Assembly: GCA_021613535.1 (NCBI GenBank) | Contig: CP075495.1 | Coordinates: forward strand, 7,316,001-7,380,000 | Direction of reading: 5' to 3' | From: Adineta vaga | Taxonomy: Eukaryota; Animalia; Rotifera | DNA length: 64,000 nt | Shown: positions 54,141 to 64,000 of the stretch, piece by piece | How positions within the stretch are numbered: position 1 is the first letter of the stretch | Layout: the number at the start of each line of letters is the position of its first letter | The notes under the pieces: generated by a model | The model's input: the letters and a program-made list of their open reading frames with translations, nothing else | Told to the model about the DNA's origin: nothing | The model's database searches: none | Program-made: the position numbers and the translations under genes

Positions 54141-55270
54141 ATGAAACGACTTTCATCATCTATTTTCAATGCAAGAAAAAGTTTAATCACAATTATACTT
54201 TTATTAGTTATTCTGCTTTGTTATACACAATGGTCTGCAGGTAGATCATATACCTTAACAAACAAGATTGCATGGTTTTCCTTAAATATATCAACTAATA
54301 CTAATAAATCGAAAACTTTTCTCTATCATCATTCAACTTGTTCATGTACTCGATCTTACATCGAACAGAAGTCAATTTCATCAACTCAAAATGAAAAATC
54401 TCAATCTCTTTGTAGTGAATATTCAACACGTCGTGGTTTACATCAACGAATTATATCTATTAGTATGTACGGTCCAAAGGAAAATGCATTATTTTCTTTT
54501 AATCGATCATTAAATTTTCTACATCAACTTGTTATGGATATGAAAATAATATATCCAAGTTGGATCCTAAGAATTTATCATGATAAATCGATTAATAATG
54601 ATATTATTTGTCCGATTGAATGTATTCATAATCATGTAGATTTTTGTAATACAACTGCCTTAGGAAATTTAGGTAATGTTGGAGATTATATTCCACCAAA
54701 GATTTGGCGATTTTTACCAGCCGCTGATACCTTTGTTGATATTATGGGTAGTCGTGATCTTGATTCACCTTTGATACAACGTGAATTAGATGCTGTGAAT
54801 GAATGGATATCATCAAATAAAGTATGGCATGCGATGCGTGATCATCCATATCATGTAGTTCCAATGCTTGGTAAATATTTATCTCTCTATGTATATTTAT
54901 CGAATGATTTGTTTTAGGTGGTATGTGGGGTTTTCGTCCAGAATTAGATCGAACGTTTTCGAATGTTCTACTACGAAAAATATTAGATCGATCATTAATT
55001 ACACGTTATGGTGCTCGTCATGATCAAACTTTTCTATCCGATCAAATTTGGCCACATATTCAAAATTCTGTCATTGCACACGATAGTTTCTTATGTACGA
55101 CATCGTACGGAAAAAATTCTCGACCATGGCCAACACGGCGACCGCCATTTAATGGTAGTGATTGTTTTGTTGGATGTGTTCGTCCCTGTTGTGAACTATC
55201 AAAGAGTCCATTTGGTGAATGTCCAATTGCTTGTCGACCAAAAGAGCATCCCAATTGGATATATTGTTAG
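54141..55270 (+). CDS. Type II membrane protein of an uncharacterised glycosyltransferase-like family, 2 exons
   Basis: N-terminal TM, IISISMYG, WILRIYHD, WRFLP, SRDLDS (DxD), RELDAVNEW, MRDHPYH..MLGGMWG, DQTFL..IWP, FVGC. Confidence 0.65.
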
Positions 55271-56035
55271 AGAATGACGAGTTATTTTTTTATAAAAATC
55301 AGTAGAATTTTCATGTTTTTATTTAAATGATCGAGTTAATTCTAGTGAATTGTTTTGTAAATAAGTATACGAATGAAAATAGTCGAATGGTTTTATATGT
55401 GGGTATCGGTGTTCGAACCTAGCATTCGGCATTCTTTCTCTTGCTCCTCAACGCCACAGGCAGGATCGACATAAGTTCACCTGGCCTTTCCAGTTTGTGG
55501 AGAAGAATAAAATTCAGAATGATAGGAAGCTGGGGAGATTTTCTCTATCTCATCTAGTGCCGTTAACTCATCCTATATTTTTTCTTTCTTTTTTCTTTCA
55601 AATATGGACGAATCGTTGGACAATATCATGACATCATTCGTATATGTAATACTATTCTCGGAAAAAAAGTATATCGATAAAGAGAATTGTTTCTGCATAA
55701 TATGAAAATAGAATAAGAAGTCTGTTGATTTATTTGAGTCAGCAATCGTGTTACAGGTTGGTTGCATACGATATTTTCTTTCATTACTATTGTTGTTTCA
55801 TGCGTCATGATCTATACACTTATCGATGTTGTTTTTTTTTTCGTTCTACTATTTTTCTTGTTCTATTCAAATTTCTCTTGAGTCAAGAGAAATTGCCATG
55901 TTGTTCTACTATTTCAACCACATATATAGACGTACTTGATTCTTGATTGGGCAAGTTTTCAATGACTTGTTTTCAATCATCTATATAAGTGGCTTGATAC
56001 ATTTCAGTTGTAAAAAAACACATCGACATTTCATC

Positions 56036-57646
56036 ATGCATCATTCATTAAATAAACTTGAAGATTTCTCTCTGGAAATCTTTCTTGAAATCTTTGATTA
56101 TCTTTCTATAACTGATCGTTTCAATGCATTCTTTAATCTTTCTACAAAAATAAATTCAGCTTTAAATTTATCTGGTCTTTCTGCCGATCTAACGAATATT
56201 TCGCGGCAAACATACGATCATTTTTATCAAAATATCATTTTCAAACAATATTCTCGACGAATACGTAAATTAAAATTAAGTAATGATTTAACTCTTGGTT
56301 TAATGGAAACAGTTTTTAATCAAATTAATCTTCATGATTTTAAACAACTTCGATCATTAACATTAATTAAACCATCTTATATGACATTAGGTAGTCTTGC
56401 TCTCTCCATACCATATTTAACACAATTAGAGCATTTATCCATTGATTCAAATTCGTATCCACATAATTTTTTTCAATTAATTACAACTACATCAACACAA
56501 TTGAAATCATGTTATTTACCTGGATTAGAAATTCAAGATAAAATCTTATTTCAATCAAATATTCTAATATATTTAACAGTTACAGTCGAAAATATTGGTT
56601 TACTTTTGAATTTATTAGCAGTTTTTTCTCATTTAATATATCTTCATGTTACTGTACGATCAACATTATACATTGAAGACGATAATCTTCCTAAATTAAA
56701 TATTGTTCCATGTGAATATTTACGAACATTAAAATTTCGTATTTTAGAACGATCAAGTATTGATTTTAATGAAATTGAATATTTCTTTCAACATACAATA
56801 TTTTCTCAACTTCAAACATTTTCTTATACATGTACAACTCAATCATTAGATCATCTAGATGCTACTCGTTGGAATGAAATTCTTTCAATATATTTATCTT
56901 CAATAAATAAATGGAATTTTTTTGTTCAAATTCCATATAATTCATATTCATATATGAATATGAAACAAATCATCGATAATATACAAGCAAATCTTTGTTA
57001 TTTGTTTCCATTATCACTATCGATCAATTATTTATATTATATCATTCATACGAAGATTTATCCGAAAAGATATTTTGATCTTTCATTAAAATCATCGCAT
57101 TCAGATGAAAATTTCAGTCATGATCCGATTAATTGTGATTCAATGACGGAATATTCAAAAGTGAATTCACTCATTGTCGATATTAATTCTTTATCAACAT
57201 GTACAACTCTACCGAAAACGATTCAATATTTACATTTGCAAGGCAATAATGATAATTTAGTTCTTTCGAAATGTCTGAAATATTGTTCAAATCAATTGAT
57301 TTCATTAAAAATCTCAGGTTTATCAAATGATTTACCTTGCTTGCCTAATCTTCGACAATTAACAATTCAACATGTCATGTTTAATGTCAATATGATATCT
57401 AAACTACATTTACTTTGTCCACATTTAGAATTACTGACTATTGAAATAGATTCTATCAAACAATTTTGTGAATTCTTCGATCATCTTCGATATAAATCTC
57501 AACTGAATGAACTGAAATATTTACGTATATTTTCGAGAGACAGAAATCATACATGGACATCTTGGTTAAATGAAGGCAAAGAATTATTTTACGATGACAA
57601 CATTATTTATGAAACAAAGAATTTATTTTTATTTATTTGGTTGTAA
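56036..57646 (+). CDS. F-box / LRR-like protein (intronless)
   Basis: LEDFSLEIFLEIFDYLSITDRFNAFFNL F-box followed by LxxLxL repeats (LRSLTL, LEHLSI, LRQLTI, LELLTI). Confidence 0.8.
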   Translation: MHHSLNKLEDFSLEIFLEIFDYLSITDRFNAFFNLSTKINSALNLSGLSADLTNISRQTYDHFYQNIIFKQYSRRIRKLKLSNDLTLGLMETVFNQINLHDFKQLRSLTLIKPSYMTLGSLALSIPYLTQLEHLSIDSNSYPHNFFQLITTTSTQLKSCYLPGLEIQDKILFQSNILIYLTVTVENIGLLLNLLAVFSHLIYLHVTVRSTLYIEDDNLPKLNIVPCEYLRTLKFRILERSSIDFNEIEYFFQHTIFSQLQTFSYTCTTQSLDHLDATRWNEILSIYLSSINKWNFFVQIPYNSYSYMNMKQIIDNIQANLCYLFPLSLSINYLYYIIHTKIYPKRYFDLSLKSSHSDENFSHDPINCDSMTEYSKVNSLIVDINSLSTCTTLPKTIQYLHLQGNNDNLVLSKCLKYCSNQLISLKISGLSNDLPCLPNLRQLTIQHVMFNVNMISKLHLLCPHLELLTIEIDSIKQFCEFFDHLRYKSQLNELKYLRIFSRDRNHTWTSWLNEGKELFYDDNIIYETKNLFLFIWL

Positions 57647-57702
57647 AGATATGAAGACGAAGAAAAAAAACGCAAAAATAGAAACAATACTGTACAAATA
57701 GT

Positions 57703-58224
57703 TTAAATCCATTGAAGATTATTTTCATCAAGTGGATTCAATGATCGTTTTATGGAATATCGCTGTCGATGAGAATCTTTTTGATGATAAAGTAGACGTT
57801 TCAATGGAATAAGATTTGTTGATTGCCGTTTTTGTTGACGTGGTGTTGATGTCAGATAAGGTTTCATCACAAGATTTTCATTCGATGTTGCTGGTTTTGG
57901 TGTACTGGTTTTGACGAGAATTTTTTTCGGTGTCATTTTTTTAAAGTTTTTTCTTTGATGAACTTTTTTATATTCATCACATGTTGTTGAATGAAATCTT
58001 GTTTGTTTACATGATAAATAGGCACATTGATTATCCATGACACATTGTTCATGAGAATTTGTTGAAAGATTAAATGGTTGAAAATTTTCCAAAATTTTAT
58101 TTGTAGGATCAATAAGATGTAATTCAGTTAATAATTGTTTAATATGATATTGTATATCACGTATTCGTTCATGATTATTTGTCGACATGATTGTTGATGA
58201 AAATAAAACGAATGTATCAGTCAT
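57703..58224 (-). CDS. Hypothetical basic protein, 173 aa
   Basis: ATG-initiated ORF with a small Cys/His cluster (CVMDNQCAYLSC..HSTTC); no recognised family. Confidence 0.5.
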   Translation of the reverse strand: MTDTFVLFSSTIMSTNNHERIRDIQYHIKQLLTELHLIDPTNKILENFQPFNLSTNSHEQCVMDNQCAYLSCKQTRFHSTTCDEYKKVHQRKNFKKMTPKKILVKTSTPKPATSNENLVMKPYLTSTPRQQKRQSTNLIPLKRLLYHQKDSHRQRYSIKRSLNPLDENNLQWI

Positions 58225-59782
58225 CTAAAATGAAAGAAAAAGTAACATGAAAAGTTAATCAATATGATTCCGACATGTATCTATTCGACAGTCTTCAATG
58301 ACATGAATGTCTGCTATTATGATTACAGAAAAGAGACGGAAAATGAATTGTATTTGAGATTGTAACAAAAGAAGAAATAGCTCAGCAGGATTCAATCATC
58401 AAACAAATCGGCACAAATGCACATCCTATGACGCCTAGTGATGATGATGATGTACTATACTTGTTATTGACGGTTGACAAGTAAACTAGTCTATCAACAC
58501 ATCGATGCGGTTTTCATGCTGAGAACAAGTATGATTGATTATAATGACTTCATTTGTTAGTTAATTACTGTTATCATCGAACTGACTTATTTGAAAAAAA
58601 CAAAAAAGAGAAGACAGTTGTTTTCCTTTCATTTGAATGATTGGTTCAATTTTCTTCTCCTCTCTCTCTCTTTTGCTTTTCCTTTTTGTGTTAATACCGG
58701 AAAATATATTCATTGGACATTGACCGAAACGAAGAAGAGGAAAAAACAAATCTTCTATGATCATCAATCAAGCGTATAGAACAATAACAATCTAGTTTTA
58801 CATTGTAAAATATAATCGATCTATTATGAATGTAATTTAGTAGAAAAATAGAATTGTTTTTATTATATCGTAAAATATGATTGTTAAATATTCAACAATA
58901 GAGATCGAAGTTTCTCTTTGTCAATATACTCTTTACTATATCTCTTTGTGACATTTTTTGAAACAGATGTGCTTTTCACAAGCACTCACTTCGCATTACA
59001 TATTAAAAAATATTTCTCCACCCACATCCTTCACTTGAATAAAGATGGCGTAATTGATATATTCATTTTATAGGTATGTTGACAATCTGGCACGTGTAGT
59101 CATCCACGATAATAATGATGAATTTATTCGATCGATCAATTGTTAAAACATAACGATTGGATTATTATTGTTCTGATGTCATCTTTTTTTAAGCATCTGT
59201 TTCATACATGTATACATATCATTGCCTTTCGATTAAACATTGAAACAGAAATGTTTTTGACATGTGTATGAATGAAAATTATATCAAGCTGTGAATAGAG
59301 CTTTTCTACAGAGGCGGTAGAGATCACAGTTATATATTTTTCTTCAAAAAGAAAGAAAAAAAATCTAAGTAACGTTCGCTTGTCAAGTTAACTGACTAAT
59401 AATATGATGAGCAAATGCCGGAGGATACGTCTTATCTTTCTCTTTTAAAAAATATAAAAATAGCATAGAAAAAGGTTTGAATGCATGTCAGCAAATAAAC
59501 AAAAGTCATTTCATCATTGAAGACATGACTGTACGTAGAAAGAATATGCAAAGTTTTATTTTTTCGTTATTCTTTGCCAGTCAATCTGACGTTATAGGCT
59601 TGTGTCGACGTAGTAGTGGGTGTTTTTTTTGTATGCAGATGACGTTAATTAAGTGGGAGAGAAAAAGTAAAGAACAGAGAAAAGAAAGTATAGATTTACT
59701 ATATATAAAACTGAGGCGATAGTAGTCATTCTTTAGATATAAAAATCTGACGATAAATTACTTTTACTATTTGACCGACAAA

Positions 59783-60051
59783 ATGAGCAACGTTCAACGA
59801 CGTATAAAGAGCATCTATAAAGTTCCATTAATTGATATGACAGAAAGTAATGTTGAGCCACCATTTAATGATCCAAGATCACCATCAGCAAATGTGTCAA
59901 GGTAAAAATCATCATTTATATTTCTTTTCTTAATATCGATTAAGATGTTGTATTCTTGTCTTTCTTTTCTAGAACACCTGTTGATTTAAATACATATCAT
60001 ATACCAAATCCACAAACAAGAAATAACCTTCCAATCAATTCCACTAGATGA
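59783..60051 (+). CDS. 65-aa micropeptide with CDCA3/Tome-1-type DPRSP..RTP motif, 2 exons
   Basis: Exons 59783-59901 and 59973-60051 give MSNVQRRIKSIYKVPLIDMTESNVEPPFNDPRSPSANVSRTPVDLNTYHIPNPQTRNNLPINSTR; AATAAA at about 60124. Confidence 0.7.
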
Positions 60052-61593
60052 ACAAGAAATATTTTCTTCTCTCTCTCTCTCATTGATTATTGTATATATG
60101 TGTATTTGATAGAGATGTAATACAATAAAAGAATCTGAATCAAACTAAAATTTGTATTTCTAATTGATATTTTTTTGTGAATTACACACATATAATACCT
60201 TTTACACAAACTAACTATGAATAGATGCAATCATTTATTCATAATAGAACGACAGGAAATCATACCTTTCTTGCTGTATAAAAATTAAATGAGGAAGTTT
60301 ATTAAACACGCAAACTACCAGTTCATAACAAAAAAAAAGAAGTCAAGGAGCAAGGCAATTATTAAAACAAGACAAGCACAATCAAGTACTTGTACTCAAT
60401 TGCTTTTTATCATTCAAGTCATTTTCCAGGTATTCTTTTTGATCTTAAAATGACTTCGAGATAAATGAGTGTATATTCCTCAAAAGTGGATGACAAACAA
60501 ATTCGTTTACTCTAATTTTATTTTCTTGTCATGAGATTTAAAACATCTTGTGATCCGCCCCTAACGATCAAAACATTAATGGACTCTCGACTCTTTTTTT
60601 TTGCTTTCATTTTCTTCTCATCAGCAATGAAGACAAATGACTACTATATGTTGTCATTGCCGTCTATCTATTTCTTTTCCTCTCTTTCTCATATCTTAAG
60701 TATAAATCACTTATACAAGATGCCACTTAATGGTTTCATTGTCGAAGTGTTTTTCTGTGTGATCATCATACAGAAAGTGAGCGATGAGAAAATATCAATA
60801 TGACTTCGTTTTAATCATAATAAAGAACGAACAAAAAAAAAATGAATTTCTTCTTACTCAATACTACAATAGGCTTCTCTAATTAAGTAACAGTGAAAAA
60901 TGATAATTTATAAGCATGTATACAATTTAAGAAATTAGATAGTATACATATATATGTTGATGAAAGAGATTATGATGACATGTTCTTCTTCTTTTTTTTT
61001 TGGAAATAGAATGTATATCGAGGGTGAACATATTCAAGTGGAAATCATATTTTCCCAAAAGAATTCTTGATTAAATGAGTGTTTTACTGATTGGAAAATC
61101 ATCTAAAGAATAATGAAATGTTGTCTTCAACACATTCTCTTCGCCATAGAAGTCAAAAAGAAAAGTACATTATTCACCTAGAGAATAATTAATTTAAATT
61201 AAACATGATGTTGTCGGAACATAACAGACAATCATTAAAAATTCTCGAGTAATTATCTGTCTGATTCAGTGTGATATTTAGATAATCTGACAAATATTTG
61301 ATGTTTGATAATAGTTATTCTTCAAGATTAAACAGATTTAAGCCGTTCATAAGAATCCAAGCATTCACAATTCTTTTCATTCTAGGAAATAATTATATAT
61401 ACCTATCAAAAAATTCTACATTTACAAGGCATGTCATCTGCTTCCATCTATAGTTCTAGAAATGAATTTGTCTAAAATCTTATCCAATCGATTTGTTTTT
61501 CTTCAATGCGCTATAGTTTAGTTTAGTATATAAAATCAATCTGACATGAAATGAAACATTGTGAAACGGCTTGCATCTTTTTGAATTGTACCA

Positions 61594-64000
61594 ATGTCTT
61601 CATTAAATGATATGGAATTATTTGAGGATATAGCCGATGATGGTGTGCTTGAATCACATCATATGTCTGATGATGATTTACCAAGTGAAGAAGATGATGA
61701 TGACGACGATGATGATGATAATGAACTTGATACAACAGATATGGCTCATGTAAAAAAATATTTCAATTATTTAATAGATGTTCTACTTTGTTAACTCAAT
61801 AAATTCTTTTAGGGTTCAGTTGATATTAAAAAACCATTGGCTGGAATGTTGCCGAATACATATGATGGAAAAACAGCAGAAGAACTTTTTCCTGCATTTA
61901 AACCCAATGCTGTTAGTAAATGAATTGTCAATGATTGAATTAATTCAGTTTTCTTTCCATTTAGATTCTTCAATTTAATAAAATATTTGGTGTTGGAAAA
62001 ACTAATCATCTACCAAAACCATGGGCATATCTACGTAAACCAACTGTACATGAAGTAAATTTTATTGAAACAATCAACTTTGAATCATTTTCTTCTATTC
62101 TTAGAATGTTGATCATCGAATTCGTGAAGCAACGATAACTGAATGTGCAGTTGATCATGAAGTATTTAATAGAAACATGAGGTTTTTTTTCTTGTTTTTA
62201 AGTCTAGTTATTTCTTTAGACACAATTTCTTGGTCGTTTACCTCCAGTTGTGAATGAACCAATCTCTGATGATCATGATTCTCCAGCCGGTGATATGAAA
62301 ATTCAAAATTGGCGTGTTGGTCCAGCACGTTTATGGTATGATCACATAGGATTAAGTTTGGATTTATCTAATTATGATTATGGATTTAAATTGAAATCAT
62401 CTCAAACGTTACAAACACAAATATCAAAAGAACAAATAGTAGACGAAGATGAATTACCAGGCAGTGCATCATTACCTGTGAATTTAATTCGTTGGGAAGA
62501 TGATATTATCTATGATACAACAGTAGTACGTGAAAAATTAGATCTCAATACACCCAAAATACGCTATTGCGGTTGGGTACCAACTACGAATTATCGTTCG
62601 TTAGCAAGTTTTCAAAAGAGTGTTTTTGGTATGAAATTTATCAATCATTAAAAAAGGCATACTGAATTAACTATTAATATTCTTTTTATTTCAGGTAAAA
62701 ATGTTGATTATCTGGAAAATGGAAATGGTAAGATTGCAACGAATTTCCATGTTATTTTTAAAAGTGAAAAAATTATTTTAGATGATGATACAAAATATAA
62801 ATCTTGGTATTCAATCTTTCCAATTGATAATTATGATTTAATGTATGGTGATTGGGAAAAAGATATTATTATTGATCCAGAAGTATGATTGATTGGCATT
62901 ACCTTATCTTTGTTTGATTTAATTCCATTTTTTAGAATATGGAACGAATACGTGAACCATCCGAATTAATTCTTGATGAAAATGATGATCATTTAATTTT
63001 CGAAATACCTACGGATCCGAGTGATTGTCAAACTCGTCAACAACAACGTAATCGAGATTTACGCGAAAAAATCGATCCAAATACATCGATTAGTCCAACA
63101 AAAACTGGCAAAGGTCCACATAAAGTAAATTGAAATTTTTGTAAGCAAAAATTCTTGATCAATGTGGTTTTTCTCTCTTCAAGGACACACGAGGACGTGT
63201 CACACGAAAAGTTCTGACTGGTAGTGGTTTATTAAAAGACACAGAAGATAATGATGATGATCCTAATGATCAAACTGATAGTCCAAAGAATGATTTTTGG
63301 AATTTATCGAATGATGAATATTATAATCCCAGATTGATTGATTCCGTTGGTAAAAATCTTGGTTCACTTAATCTTCAAGTAAGTCAATTTTTTTCTTCTT
63401 TAAAAAGACTCGTTTTATATGCTTGGATTGTTTTCAGCATGCAACACCTGCCGTTGAACTCTGTCCTCAACTATTTCCTACGCATTTGAATGCAACAAAA
63501 TTACGTCATTTTCATCGACCAACAATCAAAAAAGTTCACGGAAAATTAAAACCTGGAGAATATCATCCTGTTCAATCTATTCAAAAACTTGCTGAAACAC
63601 GTGCTATTGTAAATTTCTTTGTTTTGTCTTTTTCGATTTTTATTTCATTATTTCCTTTTTAGGAGAGAGAAAAAGAACGACAAGCCTATGGTGGTGGCGA
63701 AATGTTCTATATGCGTCGTTTACAAGATTTAAGTGGTTTAGATAGTGATGTAATTCTTGCTGAATACAGCGAACAATATCCACCGTTATTAAATCAAATT
63801 GGTATGGCTACAAGAATCAAAAATTATTATAAAAAAGTCAGTTATTTATTCATCAAAAATATTAACAATGATTTGATTTTGTCATAATTTAGAAACCAGG
63901 AAAGCAAGATAATCCTCCAATGTTCGATTATGGCGAAATTGCCTATGCTCATACTTCACCATTTCAAGCTGATATGCTTCCGGGAGAAGTTTTACAAGTA
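61594..64000 (+). CDS. TAF1: TFIID subunit 1, 5' part (runs off the window)
   Basis: [110 protein letters not shown]. Confidence 0.95.

Noticed and set aside
55400-55480. tRNA suggested by GTTCGAACC
   Set aside because: No cloverleaf, acceptor stem or A-box could be built.
55470-55485. In-frame TGA as selenocysteine
   Set aside because: No redox motif, known selenoprotein family or recognisable SECIS.
56036-57646. Intronless F-box/LRR gene as an HGT or novelty
   Set aside because: It fits a commonly expanded lineage-type F-box family; nothing distinctive is visible here.
60972-61050. FFFGNRMYIEGE as a TAF1 TAND1-like upstream exon
   Set aside because: It arises from a poly-T tract, the frame closes quickly, and there is no convincing splice link; probably chance.
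1-64000. Transposons, CRISPR arrays, rRNA and antisense ORFs overlapping real genes
   Set aside because: No transposase/RT motifs, terminal repeats, spaced repeats or rRNA-like sequence were seen; the overlapping ORFs are shadow frames of the annotated genes.

Overview
Eukaryotic, AT-rich, gene-dense window with many short GT-AG introns (mostly about 50-65 nt). It is most consistent with a bdelloid rotifer (inference from intron size, an intronless F-box/LRR-type gene and foreign-looking genes that carry introns). Manual splicing gives about 22 genes, in order: PNUTS/PPP1R10-like, divergent TFIIB, Ly6/uPAR protein, Frizzled, nucleoside hydrolase, a large ZAP/PARP12-PARP14-like hybrid with a degenerate catalytic site, a PLDc_N microprotein (HGT candidate), synaptotagmin-like, RGS22-like, a secreted beta-propeller lactonase (HGT candidate), a peptide GPCR, FBH1 head-to-head with a SOCS-box gene, TATDN2-like, a GT-like protein, an F-box/LRR protein, a CDCA3/Tome-1-motif micropeptide, the 5' part of TAF1, and several orphans. 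Three genes between 5 and 14 kb each carry a 1-2 nt lesion; these may be assembly errors or real local decay. No RNA genes, intact transposons or CRISPR arrays were recognised. All family calls come from motif recognition by eye, not from database searches.
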